Assembly (NCBI GenBank): GCA_021779205.1
Contig: JAJYBE010000001.1
Location: 1-47,249, forward strand
DNA from: a bacterium
GTDB taxonomy: Bacteria > Patescibacteriota > Minisyncoccia > Moranbacterales > UBA2206
Direction: 5' to 3'
DNA length: 47,249 bases
Below the pieces are notes generated by a model, which saw only the letters and a list, made by a program, of their open reading frames with translations, searched no databases and was not told the DNA's origin. This document shows, in pieces, positions 34,105-42,125 of the stretch (position 1 is the first letter of the stretch; each line of letters opens with the position of its first letter). Position numbers and translations under genes: made by a program.

Positions 34105-35781
34105 CTACATCATTCCACCCATGCCTCCCATCCCCGGCATTCCGCCACTCATTCCCGATTCTTTTTTCTCCGGCTTATCAGTAATTGCTGCTTGCGTCGT
34201 GAGAAAAATTGAAGCGATACTGACCGCATTTTCAAGAGCGGCACGCGTCACCTTCATTGGATCAATAATCCCCGCTTTTAGCATGTCCGGCACAAATTCG
34301 CCAGTACTCGCGTCAAAACCGAAATTAACACCTTTATTTTTGGTAATTTCATAGACTACCACGCCAGGATCTTTTTGCCCACCATTAGCCACAATTTGCT
34401 TTGCCGGCTCTTCTAAGGCGCGCAGAAGCATTTTATAGCCCACGCCATACTCCAAGCCTTCCGCCTTAAATTTATTATTTGCCAAAGTATTTTCAGCCTT
34501 GGTTGATAAGCTAGTTGCTACGCGTAAAAGTGCCACGCCACCCCCAGCCACAATTCCTTCTGCATAAGCGGCACGTGTCGCCGCCAGCGCATCTTCCATC
34601 TTGTGTTTCATATAAGTCAATTCTGTTTCCGTTGCTGCGCCAACCTTGATTACCGCCACACCACCAGAAATTTTGGCCAAACGTTTTTGCAACTTTTCCT
34701 TATCCCATTTACTTTCACTCGCACTCAGTTGTTTTTTAATTTGCGCCACGCGACTTTCAATCTCTTTTTTCTTACCCTTTCCTCCGACAATTGTCGTTGA
34801 ATCTTTAGTGGCAATAACCTTTGATGCTTGCCCGAGCATATTAAGCTCCACTGCTTCCATTTTCATCCCCAACTCTTGCGAAATTAATTTTCCCCCAGTA
34901 ATAACCGCAATATCTTCCAGGATCGCTTTTTTGTTATCCCCGAATTCCGGAGCTTTCACAGCCAACACATTCAATGTTCCACGCAATTTATTCACAACCA
35001 ACGTAGTCAATGCTTCACCATCAACATCTTCCGCGATAATTACGATATCCTTTTTTCCACCCGCAGTAATCTTTTCCAAGATCGGCAAGACTTCAGCAAT
35101 CGTCGAAATCTTTTTGTCAGTGATGATAATATAGGCATCTTTCATTTCTGCCTTCAATGATTCACTATTGGTGATCATATAAGGAGAAATATAGCCTTTA
35201 TCAAAATTCATCCCCTCGACCAATTCCTTCTCCAAGCCAAAAGTTTGCGACTCTTCCACGGTCACCACACCATCTTTTCCCACCTGCGTTATCACTTCGG
35301 AGATCATTTTTCCCATTTCCACGCTTTCCGCTGAAATTGTAGCTACTTGAGCAATTTCCTCCTTGGAAGTAACCGCTTTTGCATTCTTTTTTAGTTCTGC
35401 TACAACATCATTTTTCGCATCTTCAATTCCACGCCTGATACTGATCGGATTCATGCCGGTCGCCACCAATTTGGAGCCCTCTTTCACAATCGCTTGCGCT
35501 AAAACCGTAGCGGTCGTCGTACCATCACCGGCCGTATCATTAGTTTTATTGGCCACCTCCTTGATCAAATCCGCCCCAATATTTTCAAATTTATCCTCCA
35601 ACTCAATTTCTTTGGCAATCGAAACGCCATCATTAGTAATAACTGGAGATCCAAAGCCCTTATCCAAGATCACATTTCTTCCTCTCGGACCAATGGTAAT
35701 TTTGATTGCATCAGCCACCTTGTCAATTCCCGCTCGAATTCTCTTTCTTGCGTCTTCGTCAAATTTGATAATTTTACTCAT
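34105..35781 (-). CDS. groEL: Chaperonin GroEL
   Basis: 558-aa ORF with AGDGTTTATVLA and the C-terminal tail GGMPGMGGMGGMM. Confidence 0.95.
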   Translation of the reverse strand: MSKIIKFDEDARKRIRAGIDKVADAIKITIGPRGRNVILDKGFGSPVITNDGVSIAKEIELEDKFENIGADLIKEVANKTNDTAGDGTTTATVLAQAIVKEGSKLVATGMNPISIRRGIEDAKNDVVAELKKNAKAVTSKEEIAQVATISAESVEMGKMISEVITQVGKDGVVTVEESQTFGLEKELVEGMNFDKGYISPYMITNSESLKAEMKDAYIIITDKKISTIAEVLPILEKITAGGKKDIVIIAEDVDGEALTTLVVNKLRGTLNVLAVKAPEFGDNKKAILEDIAVITGGKLISQELGMKMEAVELNMLGQASKVIATKDSTTIVGGKGKKKEIESRVAQIKKQLSASESKWDKEKLQKRLAKISGGVAVIKVGAATETELTYMKHKMEDALAATRAAYAEGIVAGGGVALLRVATSLSTKAENTLANNKFKAEGLEYGVGYKMLLRALEEPAKQIVANGGQKDPGVVVYEITKNKGVNFGFDASTGEFVPDMLKAGIIDPMKVTRAALENAVSIASIFLTTQAAITDKPEKKESGMSGGMPGMGGMGGMM

Positions 35782-35910
35782 AAGTTTATTTTTTAAAAAA
35801 TTATTATTTAACCTTGCCTATTATATACAAGTTTCATAACCAGGAAAAATCACTCACTGCTAATTTTTAACAAAAATCCACCCATTCCTTTGTCAATCCA
35901 AAGCCTCTCT

Positions 35911-35937
35911 CTGGCAGTCATTATATTAGAGTGCCAA
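35911..35937 (-). promoter_or_regulatory. Degenerate CIRCE-like inverted repeat in the groEL leader
   Basis: Minus strand: TTGGCACTC-taatataat-GACTGCCAG. The consensus is TTAGCACTC-N9-GAGTGCTAA, so the left arm matches 8/9 and the right arm 6/9. Confidence 0.45.
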
Positions 35938-35945
35938 CATCCTCT

Positions 35946-35974
35946 ATTTTGGCAAAAACGGAAGACTTAGTCAA
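35946..35974 (-). promoter_or_regulatory. Candidate groEL promoter
   Basis: Minus strand: TTGACT (35969-35974), a 17-nt spacer, then CAAAAT (35946-35951), 8 nt upstream of the CIRCE-like repeat. Confidence 0.45.
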
Positions 35975-35997
35975 GCGGACATTTCGGCGGGGCGTCT

Positions 35998-36966
35998 CTA
36001 CTGCTTTTCTCCCAATTTTTCCATTTTCATCTTAAACACTTCAAACACTTTCGGCCCCTGTGGCTCGGGTAAAAAAACTAACGAATCATCATTTGCCACA
36101 ATGAGACTGCCTGCTTTTTTGGTACGCAGATCGGAAGCAATTCTTTTTGTTTGCCAAGTTTTTAGCTTTTGCTCCAGAAAATTAAAATTAAACATTTTTT
36201 CTCCCGATCGTCTGATTAATTTGGAAAAATAATTATCAGAAATAATTTTTAAATTAGGCGTTTCAATTGGCGTATAATTTTCGTGATATTTCACAATCCA
36301 ACTATTCGCTTTTTGAAATTCTTGAAAATAATCAAATCCAAACAAAGGCAATGTGAAAGAATATTCCGAAGAAGCGAATAAATCTTGCATCTCGATTTCC
36401 AAAGAATCGGTTGTAATAAAATAATTAAGACAAATGCGATCGGTAATTTTCTTTCCATGGCGCCTCCTTCCGAGAAGTTGCGCGGTGAAAGTCACCAATG
36501 TCCTGCCGGTAAAAATTCGGCCCTTTTCAAGACAAATCAAAAGATCGAGATCACTTTTTCGGTTGGCATTTTTCATTGCCACGCGCCCAGTTACCAAAAT
36601 CATCCGAACAAACGGCACGAAGCGTAAAAACCGAACAACCCACCGAATTATTCGATATTTTTCTTCCGAAATTTTATCACGCTCAATCCTTTGCGCCACC
36701 AAATCAATGCGCCCTGGCAAAAAATAATACCCACGAAAAGTTTCAACTTGTTTTTTTAAATCTTCAGCTTCCAGCGCATCAATTATATCCGCAATCACCA
36801 CCTTGTTATTTTTTTGATCACTGTCCGCTGATTGTTGATTGCTGATCAAATATTTCCACAATTCAAAAACAGTCAAAGGATAATCTGAGACATCATAGTA
36901 CGCGATTGTGGCAAGAATTTTTTGAGAAAGCTCGCTTTGCATAAGAAAGATACTGCACAAAAACAT
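35998..36966 (-). CDS. Hypothetical protein with a possible Pol-beta-type nucleotidyltransferase motif
   Basis: 322-aa ORF. The motif NRKSDLDLLICLEKG resembles the NTase G[SN]x..DxD motif. The start is probably the M at 36942. Confidence 0.4.
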   Translation of the reverse strand: MFLCSIFLMQSELSQKILATIAYYDVSDYPLTVFELWKYLISNQQSADSDQKNNKVVIADIIDALEAEDLKKQVETFRGYYFLPGRIDLVAQRIERDKISEEKYRIIRWVVRFLRFVPFVRMILVTGRVAMKNANRKSDLDLLICLEKGRIFTGRTLVTFTAQLLGRRRHGKKITDRICLNYFITTDSLEIEMQDLFASSEYSFTLPLFGFDYFQEFQKANSWIVKYHENYTPIETPNLKIISDNYFSKLIRRSGEKMFNFNFLEQKLKTWQTKRIASDLRTKKAGSLIVANDDSLVFLPEPQGPKVFEVFKMKMEKLGEKQ

Positions 36967-37006
36967 GTTATGGCTTTCGCTTAATCAAACAAATCATAGC
37001 TCGAAA

Positions 37007-39814
37007 CTAGAGGTATTTCCCCGTCCAACTTCCTTTGCATTTTTTGAGTTCCGCCGGCGATCCCTCAAAGACAATCTCTCCTCCACCCGATCCGCCTTCC
37101 GGCCCAAGATCAATTACCCAATCAGAATTGCGAATAACATCAACGTTATGCTCAACAACCAAGACGGTATTGCCTTTATCCACTAGCGCATCCAAAACGC
37201 CGAGTAGTTTTCGAATATCTTCAAAGTGAAGACCAATCGTTGGTTCATCTAGAATATAGAGCGTTTTACCTGTCGCACGACGCGAAAGTTCCGTTGCTAA
37301 TTTAATTCTTTGCGCTTCTCCGCCGGAAAGATCCACAGCACTTTGTCCCAATTTTAAATAACCCAAGCCGACTTTTTCCAATGTGGCTAATTTTTCCGTC
37401 ACTAATTTAGAATTTTTGAAAAAGACTAAAGCATAACTTACGCTCATATCAAGCACTGCCGCAATATTTACTCCGCGGTATTCAATCTCAAGCGTCCGCT
37501 GATTATATTTCGCGCCAGAACATGTTTCGCATGGCACATAAACATCCGGCAAGAGATGCATTTCAATTTTTTTCTTGCCTTCGCCCTGGCAATCTTCGCA
37601 ACGGCCACCTTTCATATTAAAACTAAAACGGCTCGCATCATAGCCACGCGTGTGTGCTTCTTCAGTATCGGCAAACAGCTCACGAATAAGGGAAAAAACT
37701 CCCGTGTAAGTTGCGGCATTCGAGCGTGGCGTGCGACCAATCGGCGCTTGATTGATGCTAATCACCTTGTCGATATTTTCCATTCCGGTGATTTTTTTGT
37801 GTTTCCCTGGTGCTTCTTTCGTGTTGAAAAAATATTTTGCCAAACCCTTGGATAGAATGTCCGTCACTAATGTTGATTTTCCCGAACCAGAAACTCCAGT
37901 GAGAGAAATAAACTTTCCTAATGGCAAATTAACGTTGATATTTTTCAAATTATGCTCCGTCGCACCTTGGATTTTGATAAATTTTCCCAAACCCTTGCGC
38001 GCTTTTTTCCTGTCTCCCACATGCCGCTTTCCATTCAGATACTGCGCCGTGACCGTCTTGGATTTCAAAAGTTTTTGCAAATCTCCTGAAAAAATCACCT
38101 CGCCGCCTTCTTCGCCCGCACCCGGCCCCATATCAATAATCCAATCGGCCCTGCGGATAATTTGTTCATCATGCTCCACTGTAATGAGAGAATTTCCCGC
38201 TTCACACAATTCTTCCATCGTTGCAATCAGCTTTTCCGTATCGCGGTTATGCAATCCAATCGAAGGCTCATCCAAGACATAGGTAATGCCGGAAAGTTCC
38301 GAGCCGATCTGCGTAGCAAGACGAATGCGCTGACCTTCACCGCCGGAAATCGAATTAGCTGAGCGGGAAAGTGAGAGATAGCCCAATCCTACATTCTGAA
38401 GGGCAGCACTGCGGGCTTTCATTTCTTTGATTAATGGTAAAATAATACTTTTCTTGGCGCTACTCAGATTAGCTTTCTCCAACTCCCCTAAAAAGCGAGA
38501 AAATTCCACAAGCGATAGATCCACTACTTGATCAATGGATTTCCCAGCGACAAGCACGGAAAGATATTCGCCCTTCAAGCGTTTGCCCAGGCAAAGCGGA
38601 CAAACTTTTTCAATCATGTATTTTTCAATTTCGCTGCGCAAATAGTTGGAATTCAGTTCTTCATATTTCTTTTTCATCGTCGGAATAACGCCTTCGAAAA
38701 TGATGTTGGGATCATTTGAGCCATAGAGCACGATGTTCAAATGTTCCCGACTGATTTTTTTCACCGGGATGTCAATCGAAAAGCCATATTTATCCCCCAG
38801 CATTTTCAAGATATTGTTTCCGCTCGAAAGCACGCTTGAACGTCCGCCGGATTTATTCCACGACAAAATTGCCCCTTCGGCGAGAGTGAGATTTTTGTTC
38901 GGAATCAGCAAATCCTCATCAATTTCCTTGATCACACCCAAGCCCGAGCAGTGTTGACAAGCACCCTCGGGACTATTGAAAGAAAAATGTTTTGGCGTAA
39001 TGTCCGCAACCTCAAAAAAACATTTTTTGCACACAAAATCGCGATTATACATTTTTTCTGTTTCATTGTCCCTAATCACAACCGCCACACCTTTGCCTAG
39101 TTTAAAAGCTGTTTCGATTGAATCCAAGATTCTCTCGCGATCAGGATTTTTCTTGTTCAGAACTATCCGATCAATCACAATTTCCGCATTGCATGGTTCA
39201 TCATTTTCTATTTCATTTTGAACTAGCGCCTCAGTGAGCGACATTATCTTTCCCCGAAGACGAATCCGCGCATAACCCAGCTGACTGACGCTTTTCAACC
39301 TTTCTTTCAAGCTTTGATCTTTGCCATTCAGTTTTGCGAGAATGGCAATATTAGTCTTATCAGGAGAATCCAAAATATCATCCAAAACTTCCGAGTTGGT
39401 AATTTTTTCCAATGGAGTTTTACAATGCGGACAATGTGGCACGCCCACTTTCGCATAAAGCACCCGCAAATAATCATAGATTTCCGTGAGTGTCCCGACA
39501 GTTGAACGCGGACTGCGTGCAATACTTTTTTGATCAATCGAAATAGTCGGAGTAAGATTTTCAATTTTATCCACATCCGGCTTGGCCGACACATCAAGAA
39601 ACTGCGTCGCATAACTGGACATACCCTCTAAATATCTACGGTTGCCTTCAGCATAGATTGCATCAAATGCCAAAGAAGATTTACCCGAACCGGAAAGTCC
39701 CGTGATAACCACTAATTTGTCCCGTGGAACTTCCACATTGACATTTTTCAAATTATTCACCCGCGCTCCACGCACAATAATCTTGCTGCGATCCTTGGGA
39801 TTGTTTTTTAACAT
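37007..39814 (-). CDS. uvrA: Excinuclease ABC subunit UvrA, 935-aa paralogue
   Basis: Two ABC modules (GLSGSGKSSLAF and [11 protein letters not shown]; signatures LSGGEGQRIRLA and [12 protein letters not shown]) plus all Zn modules (CPHC, CKKC..CQHC, CPLC, CEDC..CETC). Confidence 0.92.
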   Translation of the reverse strand: MLKNNPKDRSKIIVRGARVNNLKNVNVEVPRDKLVVITGLSGSGKSSLAFDAIYAEGNRRYLEGMSSYATQFLDVSAKPDVDKIENLTPTISIDQKSIARSPRSTVGTLTEIYDYLRVLYAKVGVPHCPHCKTPLEKITNSEVLDDILDSPDKTNIAILAKLNGKDQSLKERLKSVSQLGYARIRLRGKIMSLTEALVQNEIENDEPCNAEIVIDRIVLNKKNPDRERILDSIETAFKLGKGVAVVIRDNETEKMYNRDFVCKKCFFEVADITPKHFSFNSPEGACQHCSGLGVIKEIDEDLLIPNKNLTLAEGAILSWNKSGGRSSVLSSGNNILKMLGDKYGFSIDIPVKKISREHLNIVLYGSNDPNIIFEGVIPTMKKKYEELNSNYLRSEIEKYMIEKVCPLCLGKRLKGEYLSVLVAGKSIDQVVDLSLVEFSRFLGELEKANLSSAKKSIILPLIKEMKARSAALQNVGLGYLSLSRSANSISGGEGQRIRLATQIGSELSGITYVLDEPSIGLHNRDTEKLIATMEELCEAGNSLITVEHDEQIIRRADWIIDMGPGAGEEGGEVIFSGDLQKLLKSKTVTAQYLNGKRHVGDRKKARKGLGKFIKIQGATEHNLKNINVNLPLGKFISLTGVSGSGKSTLVTDILSKGLAKYFFNTKEAPGKHKKITGMENIDKVISINQAPIGRTPRSNAATYTGVFSLIRELFADTEEAHTRGYDASRFSFNMKGGRCEDCQGEGKKKIEMHLLPDVYVPCETCSGAKYNQRTLEIEYRGVNIAAVLDMSVSYALVFFKNSKLVTEKLATLEKVGLGYLKLGQSAVDLSGGEAQRIKLATELSRRATGKTLYILDEPTIGLHFEDIRKLLGVLDALVDKGNTVLVVEHNVDVIRNSDWVIDLGPEGGSGGGEIVFEGSPAELKKCKGSWTGKYL

Positions 39815-39858
39815 AAAGAAATAAGAGTTACATTTTTTTAAAAGACGCCAGAGCCATT

Positions 39859-39898
39859 ACTAGGTAGAAATTTTACACTAGTTTTTAGATTTTGGCAA
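39859..39898 (-). promoter_or_regulatory. Candidate promoter with an overlapping inverted repeat, upstream of the 935-aa uvrA
   Basis: Minus strand: TTGCCA (39893-39898), a 17-nt spacer, then TAAAAT (39870-39875). The repeat is ACTAGTGTA (39874-39882) and TACCTAGT (39859-39866). Confidence 0.45.
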
Positions 39899-39919
39899 AC
39901 CATCAGCCATTCCTATCCG

Positions 39920-40594
39920 CTATTCCAACGTCAAAACCTTGCTATTCTCCCTTAGCCACTTCCGCGCTTGTTTATATTCTGGCATCACCGCTGCAACTTT
40001 GTTCCAAAATTTTGCCGAATGATTTTTTTCCAAGATATGCATCAGCTCGTGGATGATGACATAATCCACAACACGCTCAGGCGCCATAATCAGCCGCCAA
40101 TTGAAATTCAAACTATTTTTCGGCCCGCATGACCCCCAATTAGTTTTGGCATTGGAAATTTTGAGTGTTGAATATTTAAGATTTAATTTACTGGCAATAA
40201 TTTTTGTCCGTTCGCCAATTTTTTCCTTAGCTTGTTTTTTGTACCAATCATGCATCCGTGCCTTTGCCCGCCACAAAAAAACACGCGGAAAAAGCAGCTC
40301 GAAATCATCAGTAATTTCAATCTTAAGTCCACTGGTCAGCGCTAGTTTATGTTTTTTCCCCAGATACAAAAATTCTTCTCCTTCAAAAAAAGTTTTTCTC
40401 TCCGCTTTCGGTCGCTTTTCAAATTCCCGCATCTTCCTTTCAATCCAAACAAATTTTTCCTCAACTAATTTCTCAATGTAACTCAAAGGCGTCCACATAG
40501 GCGCACGCACAACCAAAGTCGCGTCAACAGAAATCACCAGCGCGATGTTTTTTCTTTTTGAGCGGATGATTTTTGAGATTTTTATTTTTGACAT
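39920..40594 (-). CDS. DUF45/YgjP-like (SprT/WLM-like fold) zinc metallopeptidase
   Basis: 224-aa ORF with the HExxH motif in VVDYVIIHELMHILEKNHSAKFW, which is typical of YgjP-family proteins. Confidence 0.75.
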   Translation of the reverse strand: MSKIKISKIIRSKRKNIALVISVDATLVVRAPMWTPLSYIEKLVEEKFVWIERKMREFEKRPKAERKTFFEGEEFLYLGKKHKLALTSGLKIEITDDFELLFPRVFLWRAKARMHDWYKKQAKEKIGERTKIIASKLNLKYSTLKISNAKTNWGSCGPKNSLNFNWRLIMAPERVVDYVIIHELMHILEKNHSAKFWNKVAAVMPEYKQARKWLRENSKVLTLE

Positions 40595-40606
40595 AAATTA
40601 ATAATT

Positions 40607-40798
40607 GTCATTCCCGCGGAGGCGGGAATCTAGTCGCAAGGCTATCTTAGGATATACACCCACCAAACCAAGAGCGACTTCTGATTGATTAGATTTAGTC
40701 TTCTAATTTTTCTATTATTTATATTGCTTATCAAAACACCAGAATGATCATTTTTTACTAAGTCTATACACTGGATTCCCGCCTCCGTGGGAATGATA
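40607..40798. mobile_element. 192-bp cargo-less derivative of the GIY-YIG cassette (MITE-like)
   Basis: Left at 40607-40634: tgtcattcccgcggaggcgggaatctag. Reverse complement of the right end at 40771-40798: tatcattcccacggaggcgggaatccag. They match at 25 of 28 positions. The left flank continues ..caaggcta as in the 15090 element. There is no intact ORF inside. Confidence 0.7.
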
Positions 40799-40833
40799 TG
40801 TTGGTTGGTTTTTATTTTTTACAAAGTATTTTT

Positions 40834-42105
40834 CTACTCCATAAACCTCTTCTTTCTCAACTTCTTATGATACATAATTGCAAAACGATGCGCTTCGTCG
40901 CGGATGTGTTCTATGAGTTCGTCGGATATCTCCGGCACACTGCCAAAAGCATAGCGATCCAGTTTTTTGCGGGTCGGACCTTTGGCGACAGCCAAAAGCG
41001 GAATTTCCAGATGAAAATTTTTGAGCACGCGACGCACAGCGGTGAGATGACCTTGTCCGCCGTCTAAAATTATGAGGTCTGGCATCGGCCAATTATTGCC
41101 AAATCTGCGCCCCAGCACTTCCGCCATTGAAGCAGTGTCATTCGCACCCTCTACAGTTTTAATTTTAAATTTGCGATACTGACTCTTGTTCGGACCAATT
41201 TCCCCATTCGCATTATCAAATACCACCATTGATCCAACGCTCGATTTTCCGAAAATATTGGAAATATCATAACCCTCAATGCGAAATTTTGAATTTTGAG
41301 TTTTGAATTTTAAATTTTTTTGGAAATTGGAAATTGGAAATTGGAAATTATCATCGCCCTTAGCGATGAGCGCTATATCCTGGATGTGTTGCAACGCAAA
41401 AATCGCATTGCGCACTTTAAGCGCTTTTTCAAATTCCTGCTTCTCGCTTAGCGCTGACATTTCTTTTTTCATTTTGGCAATGAGACTTCTTTTCTTTCCT
41501 TCCAAAATCATCCAGATGCCCCGGATATTTTTCGCATAGTCCTCCTTCGAAATCGCCCCGGCATACGGCCCCGGACAAAGCCCGATCTGAAAATCCAGAC
41601 ACCCCTTTTCCGTTTTTTGCGCCTTGGAATGATAGGGAAAAATTTTCCTCAGGATTTTCAACGCGATTTCAATATTTTTCTTGGAAATATACGGCCCGTA
41701 GATTTTACTAAATTTTGATTTTATATCACCATCTTGATCCATCTCCCTTTTTCGTAAAAATAATATACGCGGAAAATCTTCTTTCGTAATTGCCACATAA
41801 GAAAATGATTTGTCATCTTTTCCGTCCACATTCAATTTCGGCTGCCACTTCTTGATCTGTTCTTGCTCTAAAATATATGCCTCCAAAACTGTTTCGGTTT
41901 TCCGAACTTCAATATCCGCCACTTGAGAAATAAACATTTCAATCGGTCGCGCATATCTACTGCGCCCTTGAAAATATGATCCGACCCGGTTTTTGAGCGA
42001 CGTCGCTTTACCCACATACAAAATTTCTCCGGCATTATTCCGAAAAATATAGACCCCCGGAGAAGTCGGCAGACTTTTCAGTTTTTTACTAATTTTAGTT
42101 GACAT
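40834..42105 (-). CDS. uvrC: Excinuclease ABC subunit UvrC, short form (423 aa, no C-terminal (HhH)2 domain)
   Basis: GIY-YIG N-terminus (PTSPGVYIFRNNAGEILYVGKATSLKNRV), UVR-like segment (EKQEFEKALKVRNAIFALQHI), and endonuclease domain (RIEGYDISNIFG..SMVVF..YRKFKIK..PDLIILDGGQGHL). It ends 20 aa after DEAHRFAI. Confidence 0.88.
   Translation of the reverse strand: MSTKISKKLKSLPTSPGVYIFRNNAGEILYVGKATSLKNRVGSYFQGRSRYARPIEMFISQVADIEVRKTETVLEAYILEQEQIKKWQPKLNVDGKDDKSFSYVAITKEDFPRILFLRKREMDQDGDIKSKFSKIYGPYISKKNIEIALKILRKIFPYHSKAQKTEKGCLDFQIGLCPGPYAGAISKEDYAKNIRGIWMILEGKKRSLIAKMKKEMSALSEKQEFEKALKVRNAIFALQHIQDIALIAKGDDNFQFPISNFQKNLKFKTQNSKFRIEGYDISNIFGKSSVGSMVVFDNANGEIGPNKSQYRKFKIKTVEGANDTASMAEVLGRRFGNNWPMPDLIILDGGQGHLTAVRRVLKNFHLEIPLLAVAKGPTRKKLDRYAFGSVPEISDELIEHIRDEAHRFAIMYHKKLRKKRFME
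41283..41348. repeat. Two abutting heptamer arrays inside uvrC
   Basis: (GAATTTT-like) x5 at 41283-41318, then (TGGAAAT) x4 at 41321-41348. They encode NFQFPISNFQKNLKFKTQNSKF on the minus strand. Confidence 0.85.
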
Positions 42106-42125
42106 TTGCTTTAAATCGGCGATAA

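Noticed and set aside
34043-35839. Long plus-strand ORFs antisense to groEL (103, 65, 162 and 158 aa). Similar antisense ORFs occur in both uvrA genes (for example 37752-38282 and 42288-42839), in tgt, in U32 and in the DUF11 gene.
   Set aside because: These are the typical stop-poor antisense frames of strongly conserved genes. They have low-complexity, Ser/Phe/Ile-rich products, no start context and no motifs.
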